Below, one piece after another: positions 27,196 to 41,560 of a DNA stretch of 64,000 nucleotides (positions within the stretch are counted from its first letter, which is position 1; each line of letters opens with the position of its first letter). The position numbers were made by a program, and so were the translations under genes. Source of the DNA: Octopus vulgaris (taxonomy: Eukaryota); contig OX597814.1 of the NCBI GenBank assembly GCA_951406725.2, forward strand, positions 161,820,001 through 161,884,000, in the 5' to 3' direction. The notes under the pieces are model-generated. The model was not told where the DNA came from. It saw only the letters and a list, made by a program, of their open reading frames with translations, and ran no database searches.

Positions 27196-30100
27196 ATTAT
27201 CATCATTGTTAGGAGGAGGAGGATGACGACAACGATGACAAGGAGGAGGGGGAAATGTTATTCCCTATTAGGAAAATGAATTTACTAGCCTTTGTAACCA
27301 TAATCATAGAAAACTATAAGCTTTGTCTTTTTTTCATTTTCTATATTTTATAAAGAGAAAACAAAAAAAATGTTAAAGCTATAAATGAAGCAAGAATATC
27401 ATTATCCTTTAACTGGTTTTAGATTGGATTGTAGCCTGGTTGCAGCACTTGCTTTCTAATCTGTGTTTATATCAATATAAAGCTTGGTGAATATTTCTTT
27501 CCTTCTTATATATAGGATTTTCTCATATAAGTGGAACACAAGAGGTGAAAATATGAAACAAGGGAAATACTGAAAATGTTGATCTTTACATTGTGCATGT
27601 TTAAGTGATATGTTGTAAGCTCGGCAGAAGTACAGCTCGAAGGAAAATGAAAATGTCAGTGCAAAGAAGCATAAAGTTTGAACTGTTTTACAGGTGGGAG
27701 AATAATAGAGCATTCATGCATTTCCCAACTAAAGGCATGAATAATCAATTTCCTGTCTTTTAAAAATGAAAGGGATTCCAACAGAGTCGAACACTTTCAT
27801 TAGCATATTTCTAATGAAACATACAACCTATGTTTTTCAATAAATTTTGAAAATAATTAAGAATTTGGAGGGATTTAGTAAAACAGCTAATTTTCCCATT
27901 AAATGGTGCTTGAAACACAAATGTTTCTTGAATAAAATTATGATGGAATGTTTTAATTTCAAATAAACATTTTAAAAGACGAGTGGTTTTGTATTACAGA
28001 ATCAGAGATAATTTTAAGCAGGTTGGTATCAAAATACTTAAACCAGACTTTGTTTAGCAATAACTCACCTTACAGGTGGCTATATCATGACAACCACCAA
28101 TAAGGGCGAATAATATTTCAGATTGGGAAAAGTTAGATATCAGTGGGGAATAAGTGTAATCAATTGGATTGATTTATTGTACATGTTTGTGTTTATTACA
28201 ACCAAAGTAAGAGATGAACAGACAGGTTATTAGTTCATGTGCTGGTGGTTTATCTTCAAACACAAATTCTGCACTATGATAATAAACATACCTGTCGTCT
28301 GTTGACTCAAACCCCTTAGCTATAAATAGTAAGTTCATGAGGTTGGATGCACTTGTGTGTCAAAGGAAGAACAGAAATCTGGTATTTTGGGAATCTTATT
28401 TTGAGAATGACTTTGTAAGAAAAAGAAATTTCTCAATTTTTTCTAAGATTAAGAACCAGTTAAAAAACATGAAATTTTTCTCCTTGTGACAAAGTTATCC
28501 AGATGCATGAACTTTCTTCTATAATGTTTACTGACACAAATCACAACCAATTTCCTTGAATTCTGATTCTTTTACACATAAACATAAAAGTGTAAGCAGA
28601 GTTTACTGTTTGCAATGAGCTAATAGCACTGATTAATGAATGTTTCATTAGCTTATTTTTTTGTCTATTTTTCACTATATAACTTATTTCACCAAGTCTT
28701 TTTTTGGTTACATTAACATGTACCTAACCATTTTACACTATTTCCTCAGTTTTTTCATTGATCTGTCATAACAGGTACCTAACCATTTTACACAATTTCC
28801 TAGATTTTTCATTGATCTGTCATAACACATTTTAGCATTTGCCCTTTCAACTATTAGATAAGATTCTGAGCACTTAGATGTACCAGAGATGGAAATTAGT
28901 GATCAGCAGTTGGGTTCATGCTTTTTGTCCAAATAGGCAAATTATTCACTCTGACCTAGATGCATTCTTGTAGTCTTAAAAGGTAGCTTATGAATCATAA
29001 GTGTCCTTAGCAGTGATTTTAGGATTCCAGTGTCTCCTTGACATGCTGTCAAATTGTGGGTATGAAGGGCTGAAAGTTCTGTGCTCAAATTGAGTTGGAG
29101 AATTGCTTGTCACAGATTTCAGTAGAATACCATGCCTTGGAAATGGAGATTTGCAGTGGCCTATAGTTGTTTGGCCTATAGTACCTGGCACTCTAGTAGT
29201 CCCTAGTAACGAGAAACTGAAAGTTCTCACACTGATACAAATTTGCCCAAACAGTTGACCATAACAATTCTGTCACTGATATTGATTTGTCTCCATTTGC
29301 TGGTTTCCTTGAGGCTGTATACAGTTATATTTTTAACCAATTCAATTATGTCAATTGATATTTCAAGCTAATATACTTCTTTACATACAATGAAAGACCT
29401 AAATATGAGTTGTGTACATAGTTAAATTTTTGGCTTCTCTTTGCTTGTAGAACAACAGCATTGTAGCCTTTGAATTCTATGCTCCAGATATGTATAAACT
29501 CAACTTTGCCATTCCAGAAACTCCCAATAGCATGTTAGCAGACAACACTTTTCAGGTTAGCCATGTACTACAACTTATACTAATTTACCAAGTTAACTGT
29601 CATCAGCAGTCTCAGCTTGCAGGTCAACAACATTTGTATCACTCAAGTGTTGGCAACAAATCAATTTCATATATTAGACTATTTATCTCAAGAGTGAAAG
29701 ACTTGTCAAATACTACACAACTATCTGTATCAGCAATTTCCCAATCTTTCTTTTTTTCCATATTTTGGAGTGCATTCATAAGTTTCAGAGGAACTTCCTC
29801 AGAATTTTATCAAGGCTTTCTGATCTATCTCTTCTCATACACATACTCATAAAAGTGTTCAGCACCAAAAGCTATTGCTCTTGACTCTTTTTATATCTGA
29901 CTCCATTTCTCTTCAGTTAGAATTCATGATGTGGATGCATAAGCAATTGAATGAACTGTTTTTTTTTTTCTTTTAAGAAAAGAATCATTTGATAATTTGA
30001 TTGCTCTGAATGCTATAAGTACACGTTTTATTACATCAAAGTAGCTCAATGCTGGCATGTCAGATCCTGTCAAAAGTTTTTTCTTTAACCTTATTCCATT

Positions 30101-31479
30101 GTACTGCACTTAAATTTTCTATATGCTAAGAGATTCACTCATCTCCGGTAGATGAGGGATAAATGTCATTAAGCATGTTATGCCAAATCAACATCTGACT
30201 TTCCTGAGATAAGTAAGTAGTGAAGTATAACAGCACAAATTTTATCTGGACCTAGTTTTACTCCATCTTTGGTTAGTAGCTCAATATATTTTACTTAACA
30301 AATAATTGTTTTCCTTTGAATTCAATTTTAGACTTCTGGTTCTATATCATTGTAAAACAGCTTGCAGTTATTTACAATGTTCATTCTTTGACTCAAAAAC
30401 AGCAATATAACATTCATGACCACAAACGTACTTTCCAAACCTTCCATAAATATGTCATAGTGGCCTGGAACACCTCAGAAACCAATTTCATGCTAAAAGG
30501 TAGTCAGTCTGCTGACACCAAATCTATCTGAATGTAGTTTGTGACAGCAAACTTTATTGAAACCCCATCTGCTAGCTTTTTGATTTGCTTATGGTAGATC
30601 TTGACAGAGACAAGAAGCCAATTTTTAAGACTTCTGCTCAACCTTTATGACATGTCTTATTAAACCATCCAATTAATTACAATATAAGCAGACACAGATA
30701 GCTCAATCCCAGTAGCTTGCATTCCACTATATGAATGACACAACCACAGGAAACATGACATGTTAAGGCCAAAACTATTCACCTTGTCACCACCTTCATC
30801 AAACACTACCACAACATTTTCACTGACTATTACTACTACAGTTGACCAGCTAGCCCATCTGTTACATACAGATACACACAAATGCTTTATAACAAGCCAC
30901 TACAAATTGTAACATAAACACACAAAATTTTCTTCTCATATTTTACAAACTTGTAAATATACCTGTGACAACTTCAGCTAAAAAATTATACACTGTGAAT
31001 CAGTAGTGATTGAAAATATATAATTTTTGTCAATGATTGTAATAAATTTTTATATAGACAATATGTTGTCTGCAATTAACCAAAGCAGCAAACCCAACAA
31101 TCATTTGCAATAAATTTACATTCCCTTTGGATAACTATATTTGTAAAAAGCTTTTCTGACCATCCTACACTTTAGAATATTTAGTGGATAGCAATCTAGC
31201 AATGACTTATTGAATTATAGGCAAAGAATAGTGTGCCCATTTACTAGGTCAGTTAAGATCTGACAAATTAATACATATGCACACTGTATTATCTAGCATT
31301 ATCTATATTTTCTCACAGCCATTAGGTTATAAATGCAGTCAGTTGATTCTTCAACTTTGTATTGTATATCATTTGACACCATGGAATTTAAATATTGCAC
31401 TACAGCTTCTAATACCTCTGGAATCTTTTTTTTTTTTTTTTGAAGATGTGTAACTAATGTTGTTTTTGGAACCACAGTA

Positions 31480-33000
31480 GTTGTATGTTCACTTTCAAGA
31501 GTGCTTAAGTCTTGTCTTGGTTACTCTAGTAGAAGTTTAATGTTGCAATTCAAGCTGGAGTTGTCTTGCCATTTTTGTTCCACAGGTCAGGTGTGGGGCA
31601 TGCACCAGTGCAGCGCATTGCTATATTCACTATTTGTGGGTATATCCCTGTGTCCTCCTGGACGACCTGTCAAGTGGTGTCCCAGTCAGTTCCCATCTCC
31701 ATGAGATACCACCTCGTATGCTGTACCATGTGGCATGTGGTCGACCAACACAACTTATCAACCCAGTTGGATCCTCAGTGAAGAGAACACAAAAAGCAAG
31801 GTCTATCTCAGAAATTCAAGCAACATAGCCAAACAGTCTGAGCTGATGCTCCTGAACCATACAAGTAACAGAATGCATCTCAGTTTTTTAATGGAGTTGT
31901 TGGTTGGATATGAAAACTGACCAATGATAACCTTATTACCCTGTAAAATGCCCTGGTTCCAAAAGAGTTCAGGTGCCTCTTAAGGGCTCCGGACAGAGTC
32001 CAAGTCTCATAACTATAGAGCTGGACAGGGAAAACCAAAGTCCTTCCTAGAAGCCAATAAAAGACTGAATCTAAGGCCAAGTGGTACTGCTTCCTCATTC
32101 AGTGAAAGGAGTGTGCTCCTTAAGACTCAGGAAGAATAGCAGCATCCTCAGCAAGATCTAGTTCTGTAATCCTAGTTTCACCAATGAGTGCATCACAACT
32201 CAATCGAGGCACCATTTAGTCAAGTATCCAATCCATGCAGGCATTGAACGAAGTAGGAGCCAAGATGGATCCCAGATCTAACTGAAAAAAGTCAGATGTT
32301 GAGTCTCCAATTTAAACTGCACCGACTGTTCCAGTGTACAAGGTCATCCTCAACCCAATCAGTTGAGGAAGTATACATTGCAGCTCCAGAATCCTTTAAA
32401 GTACATTCCTGTCCACTGAGTCAAATGCCTTGCGGAGGTTGACATAGGTTGCAAGAATCCCCTACTGAAAGCTCCATTTGCATTCAATGAGCACATGAAG
32501 AGCCAGTAGCTGACCACTTTGGCATGAACCCTGACTGTGCCAGCAACTAAGACACAAGCAGATGATCTTGCACTCTGATCAAGATGACCCTGGCAAAGAC
32601 CTAAGAGGATTGTAACAGCCTTATAACTGTTACCATTGTAGTGGTCACATTTACCTTTCCAGAGTGGGATAATTATGCCCCTCTTCCAGTCAGGCAGTAT
32701 GATGCTGCAGTCTTGTTCTTTTGTTCCACAGACCACTATATTTTAATTAGTGGTAGTAGCTGAGCAGTGGAAGATATGTGGTACATCATGTGGAGTACCA
32801 TTGCAATCTGCATATATGTTGCTGATTTCTGAATCTATTAGACTGCAACAGTCACTTAGCATGGACCAAAAATCAGAATGCAATTGTGCCACTGTGAAAC
32901 GTTTTCTGTAGTTAGGCATTCTGCCTTCTTATCGATCATGATCTGGTCTAGTGTTGAGTAGCCACCAAGTAGCATTCACAGCTGTTAGTCATGAATTGCA
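31480..33000 (-). mobile_element. Decayed RTE-clade LINE
   Basis: PDWKRGIIIPLWKGK.D and LYSYETWTL motifs in ORFs 32359-32736 and 31880-32098. Confidence 0.75.
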
Positions 33001-33179
33001 TCTTTAACAACCAAATAGTGGAGTTTTTTCTAATTTTCCATTTCTTGATTTCATGACCGTCCAACCCATGCTAGCATGGAAAGCGGACGTTAAACGATGA
33101 TGATGATGTCTGTTGCTGAATATTGTGAACAGAGTTAGCTTTATTTTATGTTTGAAGTCAGAATTTGATGATAACTGAC

Positions 33180-34500
33180 ATTACAGATGATTTCAGTTAT
33201 AGCACTAAACCAGACGGTATGAGTGTGGTTATACTTTCAGCATTGTCTTAGGGCTTAGATAGTCGTCAGCAGCTATTTTGAAGTAAACTGTAGCCACTAG
33301 AAAAGCTACATTTTGCACAACTTGTATTTTCTTGAATGCTGTGAATAACACAAATAAGCTCCACACTAGGCTTGCATAATCAAAAACAGGCTGACCAACT
33401 AATTTGTTTTTTGCTATAAACATAATTGTCCCATCCCCTACTGATACCAGCCAAAGATTTAAGACTGCTGATTCTTTGTTGAGCATAGCCTGTCATACTT
33501 CTATAATGGGGATGAGAATGAGAAAATGAACCTTCTATCAAATGTGACTCTTGCAGAATGGGTTGTTGTCCAAAGACAGTACATGACCAGAAATTTTGAC
33601 TTTGGTATAATGATAGAATAGGCAGTTTGTAAGATAAACAAAATCATAGTCATTTCAGGTACTGAGAATTGTAACTCCTAGCAAAAAAAGCCAATCAGGT
33701 TGGGCAGGTATTCGTTCAGTTTGTTGGTAACCAAGCAGTTCAAAAGAAAATAGCAACATTACCAGTATAGCAGAAGAGTTCAAACTGCTCATGATCAGGA
33801 ATCAGTACTTTGGAAGCATAAAAATTTGAATGAAAAGTAAAAAAAAATACACAGCTTTCTTGGGAAATTCTAGATTTCACAATTCTACTTAGATAACTGC
33901 TCTCAGAACTTGGTTTTTACTTGTCTACTCTTCTGATAGCTATCTTTTAATACTCTTTAGAAAATTGCCATGTTGGGATCTGTTCATAAAATACTGTGGT
34001 TGCCTATACCAAAGGCATTTCTTAAATTTAGTGGCACAGCAACTGTCTTGTGAGCAGAATGTTTCTAGTTAAATCCAGCAGTAATGCATGTTGAAAGTTG
34101 CAGGAGTAAGTGTTCAAGTTGTTGAGATTTGAGAATTAAATATAAGCTGATGGTCTTGTAGGTTTAGATGGGTGTTAATTTTGAGTATATGATTCAAAAA
34201 TAAAAACTTTTGCAACTTGACTGAGAAGAAATACTGAACAGTATGATACTGCCTCAATTTTAACCTAGCCAAGCTTCAGAAGAAAGAACATAGTTTGTTT
34301 AGCAGATTATTGGGAGTTGATCATTTTTTAGACTTTTGAATAGCTGTCAAGTATAAGATACCAAACTTGCTAAACTTTTTCAGATCAAATAGTCAGACTG
34401 TCTGAATTCTCCACTTACGAGTTTTACAGTATGTTACTATCAATTCTACCTCTTCTTCCTTTAACTTAATGCTGTCATTTTATTATTTTTCTTAATCTTA
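33180..34500 (-). mobile_element. Decayed LINE RT fragment (jockey/I-like)
   Basis: PVFDYASLVWS...KIQVVQN motif in ORF 33229-33486. Confidence 0.5.
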
Positions 34501-35184
34501 CAATGCTGAATTGCTTGATAAATTTGTTCACCAATTCTTATGGATTAGGTACAGACTTGTTGAATATGATGATAATATTCAGTGACTGCTTATTTCAGTT
34601 GTTGAATGGTTTCATTGTTTACTACGATTTCTGATTTTGTGCAAAAACCAAAAGCCTGGATATGTTTAAGCCATTGTCTCAACTTATATGGTATTGTTAT
34701 TTGGAAGATTTGCTAATTTATTCTTCTAATTTATGGAAAATTAGATCACCTATGTTTCAACAGATCATATTCTTTGAGAAGAGTCTTAGCCTCCTCAGTG
34801 ATGGATGGTCTGACTTGCAGCTTGTGACCTGCGGAAATACTCTTCTGCTTTGCTTTTTAAACAATTTTTTAAGGTTGATGTGCATGCGAGTGAATATATC
34901 ATCATCACATCATTTAATGTCTGTTTTCCATGGTGGCATGAGTTGGACAGCTTAGAGCTGCACCAGGTTCCAGTCTGATTGGCTTGGTTTCTACAACTAG
35001 ATCCCTTCCTAATGCCAACCACATATCACCCAATATATACATACATATATATACATACATACATACATACATAATACCCTTATTAGCAAAACTTCTATGC
35101 AGTCACTCAGCCTATTAGAACTTGTCAAATTCCATCAAATGTTAATTTATTATTTTAATAATGGCGAAGAACACATTGATCAGT

Positions 35185-35575
35185 ATTCTTTTATTTGTTT
35201 CAGTCATTTGACTGTGGCCATGCTGGAGCACCACCTTTTAGTTGAACAAATCAACCCCAGGACCTATTCTTTGTAAGCCAAGTATTTATTCTACCGGTTT
35301 CTTTGGCTGAACTGCTAAGTTATGGGGATGTAAACACACCAACATCAGTTGTCAGGCGATGGTGGGGGCCAAACACAGACACACAAACATATACATATAC
35401 ATATACACATTTATATATACGATGGGTTTCTTTCAGTTTCCATCTACCAAATCCACTCACAAGGCTTTAGTCAGCTTGAGGCTATAGTAGAAGACACTTG
35501 CCCAAAGTGCCATGCAGTGGGACTGAACCTGGAACCATGTGATTGGTAAGCAGGCTACTTACTACACAGCCATGT
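35185..35575 (-). mobile_element. tRNA-derived SINE(s)
   Basis: Minus head tggctgtgtagtaagtagcc...ggttcagtccc, similar to the copy at 9650-9800. Confidence 0.65.
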
Positions 35576-35649
35576 CAAGGCTTGAAGGTCTTTGATAATC
35601 TCCACTCATAGCTAATGTGGGACTAAACAACTAATCAAGCTAACAAGGG

Positions 35650-36038
35650 AGTTTTAGTGTGGTCACTCAATATACTAGAAATAGCAGTCAAACTCTCTTT
35701 AAACTATATTTTATCATAAGAAGGAAGAACACAGTATGTTACGTAGTCTTGAAAGTAAAGTGTGATGGTCAGGGATGAAATGCTTTGGTCAAAGGTCTGC
35801 TTGATCAGAGTTTAGCTGTTGCTAAACAACAACATATCATTTGGAGGTGTCTGAATGAATTCTTGAAGATAGAGAACAATAAGCACTAAGGTACAATTAG
35901 CATTAATAATGCACTAAGAACAGACTTCCTCAAATGCTCAGGGGAAGTATAGTTTAAAGAGAGTTTGACTGCTATTTCTAGTATATTGAGTGACCACACT
36001 AAAACTCCCTTGTTAGCTTGATTAGTTGTTTAGTCCCA
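35650..36038. repeat. Short inverted duplication (about 35615-35705 vs 35950-36038) around a SINE fragment
   Basis: gggactaaacaactaatcaagctaacaagggagttttagtgtggtcactcaatatactagaaatagcagtcaaactctctttaaactata and its exact reverse complement. Confidence 0.8.
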
Positions 36039-36890
36039 GCTTCTGTTACTTAGGCGACCAAGTTAACAGTGGAGGAGGAAGTTCTGAAAGCATATCTGCT
36101 AGAATAAGAATGGGCTAGGCAAAGTTCAGAAAGCTAACTCAGAGTGAAAGGCACGCTGTATGATGCCTGTGTACATACAGCTATGCTACATGGCAGTGAA
36201 ACATGGGCTATAACTATAGAGAACTTGCAAAGGCTTGAAAGAAATGAAGCCAGTATACTCCACTGGATGGGTAATGTCAGTGTACACATATGACAGAATG
36301 TAAACAATTTAAGAGGAAAACTGGGTATAAAAGGCATTGGATGTTGTATGCAAGAGAGAAGACTGTGCTGCTATGATCATGTAATGCAAATGAATGAGGA
36401 CAGTTGCTTAAAGACGTGCTGGTCTCTAACTGTGGAGAGAACCTGTAGAAGGGGTGGATCCAAGAAGATATGGGACAAGGTGGTGAGAAAGGATTTTCAA
36501 ATGCTGGTCCTCATTGAAGAGATGACAAGGGACTGGGACTTGTGATGATTTGTTGTACATGAGAAGACACATCAGGCTAAGTAAAATTGTCCTTTATGGC
36601 CATCCCCCCCACTCCCTCTTCCAGCTAAGATGTCTGTGTCTTGCAGGTGCTAGTGCCACTTAAAATGTACTTGTTCTGGTGCCATATAGAAGTACCCATG
36701 CCAGTGGCACATAAAAAGCACCCAGCACACTCTGTGAAGTGGTTGGCATTAGGAAAGGCATCCAGCTGTAGAAGCCATGCCAAAACAAACAATTGGAGCC
36801 TGCACAGCTTTCAGGCTGATCAGCCAGTGTCAAACAGTCTAACCCATGCCAGCATGGAAAATGAACATTAAACGATGATGATGATGAGAA
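36039..36890 (+). mobile_element. RTE-clade LINE 3' fragment (same family as 11632-12490)
   Basis: LHGSETW, QERRL..YDHV.QM motifs; (GAT)n tail. Confidence 0.8.
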
Positions 36891-37099
36891 TGCCTTTACC
36901 TGAGACCATGTTCAATGTAGGTAATAAAATATGTATAAGGATGGAAAGTTCTGTAGATTCCACTTAACTGCATAGCTTCAGCCATGAAATTCTTATATTA
37001 GAAACTAAATTTACCTAAGTGATGTATTACAAGATTTCAATACATTGTATTTGTGGTTATGTATTCTGACAGTTTGTATAAAATATACACTTGAAAATT

Positions 37100-40000
37100 G
37101 ATTAGTGGAGACAAGAAAAGGCAGTCAGAACTACCTTGTACAATGAATGAAGAATTTCTTTCTCGGAGCCATGAGCTTTCTTGCTGTTTCCCAGTTGTCT
37201 CGATAAGTTTCAAGCCAAAGTTAGATGAAAATGAAGATTCTGTTAAAGGGCTGCAAACATCAGTTGTTTCAAAAGCAATTGGTTGGAAAATATAGTTAAA
37301 AATTAACATTGAATGTTTATAAATCTTTATATGTTCTATTGATAAATTGCCAGATCCCACAAGAACAGCATAATCAAGAATATGACTTACAGCAAAAGAA
37401 TCTACCACAATAGTATCTCAAAGTGAATACCATCCTCTATGAAATCATACTGTCTAATCTTTTGCCATGAAGATAAAAAAAAAATAACAACTGTTCCAGA
37501 ACATAGAATATTGATTAATCAAATGTTTGCTTACTATCCTGTTGATCTCCTAGTGTCTTGTAAACTTACCAACATTTAAGTGGCAGAGAAGTCTATGTAA
37601 TCCCAAGTAATTCATGGATTTTCTGCATCATTTGCATAGAGCACAAATATAAACATTCTGACTCACAATGACATCATAATTCATCACTAGTCAGTAAATT
37701 TATATTGTTAGCAATTGGTGGGGCATTGATCCACAAAGCTGAATGTTTACTTTGTGTAACTAATATACAGGCACAAGTCCAGTGATTACAATTCATTAAC
37801 AAAATGTTAAAGTTAGTTCTTATCAAAGTAGTATCTCACCCTCATTATAATGTTCTAGCTGAAGGTACCCCCCTGTTCAAACTTGCCTGCTTTACTAAAG
37901 ACACTTCTACTTCCCTAAAGGAACAAGAAAATTTGTTAATACAAGAAGAGAATGTGATTTTCTAAGGGCAAAAAAGCAAGGCACTGAAAGAGTTCTGTAG
38001 CAGCAGGAATTCAGACCACCATTACTTGGTGGTAAAGTGGTTTGGCCAAGTTAAGTTCCTGACATTTTGCATGACAAGTGGCCCAAGATTAGTTAAAAGA
38101 TTAACAAATTGAAAAGCTGGACTGTTTCTTAAACAACAAATCAGTTTTGGTAGCAACAGGCATTGATAGATATCAATATAATCAATATTATTAAGAGTAT
38201 GCAAATTTTGTAACATTGCTGAGATAGCTGTTGACATGAAAGAGTTGGTTAATGGTGCTCCAAAGAGCAACCAGTATAGCAGTTGAGACTCAATAATTGA
38301 TGGAATATATCACCTGAACTTGTCTACTACACTTTTGTGCTCATCTAAAATAAGTTCACATTAGTTCTTTCATAAGTCATTCAGCAAAGTTCAGCACTTG
38401 GACTAGATTACCATAATTACAAACATCATCAAGCTAACAAAACATTCAACTCAGCTAACACACTTATAGTAGCATTATTGATTGTCAAGCAGATCTATCC
38501 GTTGAATCACTGACTGAGGAAATAACTGATTCAGTTCAAATGACAAATGAGATTACAGTGGATAACAACACCAGATGAACTGTTACACTTTTGGGAGAGT
38601 CTTCATTAGTGATGAGCAATTTGTCATGATTGATCAAAGAGCATTCGAGATGTTGAACTTGAGAACAACTTTAGAGTTATTGTGTTCACAGTTCAGATAA
38701 GTACTGACAGTATGCAGAGATGTCTCACATCTAGGAAGCATAATGACACCCAACTGAATAGGCAACAATTAATGAGAAAGATCCTTCACAGGTGGTTTCA
38801 AAATAGTCTTTGATGAAAGTTGGTGATAAAAACAACTAGATGCAATAGTTGTAAGCTGCCATTTGGTTTAACAAAACCAAACAAACTAGCTTCAAATGAA
38901 GCAGATCTAGGACTTGTCAAGAATTTTATGAATAATATGAAGACAAGAGATCAATGCTAACTTTCTCTGTTAAGATATCTGATAAAAAGATGAAGTCCAA
39001 AAATTGAGTTCTCAGTTCAGTAGACGCACATAGTTTACACTAGTGGTTCTCAACTGGGGACTGAAGACTGATTTTGAAAATCGGAGTACTGTTAAATCAT
39101 TATTTAAGAAGCAGACAAAAATTAATGATGGTGGAATGATTGCTTCCAACAAAATTGCAGAAATTATTTCAAAATCAGGTAATGCACACACAGTAGCTGA
39201 AAAGATTATTGTCTGCAGTAGAAGCAGTAATATCAGAAGTTATGACTCAAAATCCTTCATTTATCATTAAGTTCTACCTTTGAGTAATGATTCTATCCAT
39301 GGGAGAATTGGTGAAATGTCAGGTCATATCAAAGAGGTGCCAATTCAAAGATTGAAAAAGAACAAATTTTTCTGTTCAAATTGACGAAAGTACAGTTATT
39401 GACAATAAGGCCCTTTTAATGGGATATGTATGATACTTTGATAGAAATTGTGTATTACAAGATTTATTATTTGTAAAACTGTTGGAGACTGACACAACGG
39501 ATGCTTCTATATTTTCTGCAGTAAAAATGATTTTTGAAGAAAAAGAAATTCCATATTATGAAAATTTAGTTTCATGTGCTACTGATGGTGCAACGTCTAT
39601 GGTTGGGAGACACAAAGGATTTATCTCTCATTTAAAAATGTTGTGCCCCGAAATTCTAGTTATACACTGTGTGCAACAGAGGCATAAACACATGGCCAAA
39701 AATATAAGCCCTATTCTGAATCAGTCATTGAACACTGTTACAAAAGCAATAAGCAAAATTAAATCTAACAGTATATGTGACCGTCTTTTTTGAAAATTTT
39801 GTGTCAATGCTGACGAACAATATATAAGACTTCTTTTGCATACTGATATCCGTTGGCTATCCAAAGGCAACTGCTTGGAAAGATTAGTAAACTTATTTAA
39901 TATAATGGTTGTGTTCTTACAAACAGAAGGACACTCAGACTTAGCTGCCGAAATTCAAGCTCAAAAAAAGAGCATACACTATCTTAATTGGATTTTCCGT

Positions 40001-41440
40001 TAGCTGAATAAGGTCTCTCTTCTGCTGCAGGGAAAAATGATAACACTGATAGACTGTAAACAGGTGATGAGAGCTTTTGTTGAAAATCTTTTTCATGTTA
40101 ATTCAAAACTAAGGCAGTTTCATAATATGCCCAAACTAGAGGAAATCAACTTATGTGAAAATGACATTGGTATTTATTGTGACCATCTGTCTGCCTTGAA
40201 AATGATTTAGAAACCAGATTTTCCGATTTATTTAGCTTCACTATTCAGCCGTGGATGATTGACCCATTCAGTTGTGATCCTCACAGTGCACCTGAAAATA
40301 TTCAGGAGAAAGTCATCGAGATGAAATGTAATGATGAATTTCAAATTAAGTTCAAAAAAGAAAGATTGTCTGAATTTTGGCAATCAGACACTGTAAAATC
40401 ACTATATCCAAATTTGTGGTCACAAATGTGGAAAATCCTTTTGTTTCCTGGCATCATATCGCATCAAAACTGGATTTAGTACCGTCAATCATTTTGCAAA
40501 AGGGAAGAAACAGATTTGACATTAATTCACATGGAGGTATTCATATCTGTTTGAGTGGCATTAAGCCTGACATTGAATTTTTAGCAGAACATCACAAATC
40601 TCGGGGCTCACACTACTTAGTCTTTTTCTACATTTAAATTCAGAATAAAGTTTTATTTTAATTTATTTTTCTTTTGCATTTTTTTACAGTTGATTAGTTG
40701 TAATTACATTATATTTAATATTTGTTATCATTTTTTAGTGGGCAATTATCAATTAGCTTACATCAAAAATGGCTGGAAAAGGTTGAGAACCACTGGTTTG
40801 CACAATGGAAAAGCCAGTAGCTATTGCCAGTCTTCAATAGACTTAAAAAGCAAACACCATTTAACAGTTTGATAAGTGATTGAGTGAAGTACCTTTTGGA
40901 ATTAAAAAAAAATATGGTATTTCGTTTGCTTCAAATGTTACAGGAATTGAAAAACACTCCTCCAATGACAAAGCAGTCATTAAATTGAGATGATTAGTAA
41001 GTGTTTTCTGATCATCCAATTCATTAAACCTCAGTTTGTTGTCAAGTCATTTCCAAACACTTGCAATGATAAGATTGACAGCACTCATGACAGTCAACTA
41101 TCATTGTAAGCTGATTAACTTTGAGTCGTACTCTGATGGATGACATTACTTTGTATTATTGGTTGTAAGGCATATTTGGATTGATTATATTTCTTTCTTG
41201 GAGCCATGAGCTTTCTTACTGTTTTCCATTAGTCTTCACAAGTTTCAAACCAATGCAAGATGAAAATGATGATTCTGTTAAAGGGATGCAAACATCAATT
41301 GTTTCAAAAGCAATCGGTTGAAAAATATAGTTAGAAAATAACATTGAATATTCATAAATCTTTATATGCTCTATTGATAAATTGCCAGATTCCACAAGAA
41401 CAGCACAATCAAGGATATAACTTACAACAAAAGAATTCTC
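37100..41440 (-). mobile_element. Decayed CRE-like (restriction-like endonuclease) non-LTR retrotransposon, split by a hAT element, with a duplicated 3' segment
   Basis: FQPIAFETT...LG...TG..QE.SWLRER.S.IVQ C-terminal motif (ORF 37037-37408), LFGAPL (38022-38270); 41185-41440 duplicates about 37150-37405. Confidence 0.6.
39041..40795 (+). mobile_element. hAT (Buster/Charlie-type) DNA transposon with decayed transposase
   Basis: TIRs tagtggttctcaac / gttgagaaccactg; 8-bp TSD gtttacac / gtttgcac; motifs QIDEST, CATDGATSMVG, IHC..H, LLLHTDIRWLSKGNCL; frameshifted. Confidence 0.9.
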
Positions 41441-41560
41441 TCTTTATAGCACCATTGCAATTACTCTCACATGCACTTATATAATATGGGGTAGCCATGT
41501 TTCTCCTCAACAGTATGAAAATCCTTCCTGTCCTTCAATCATTCTTTTCCCTCTCAATAT

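Noticed and set aside
29000-31400. Possibly decayed coding sequence on the minus strand
   Set aside because: No long frame or motif I could assign to a family
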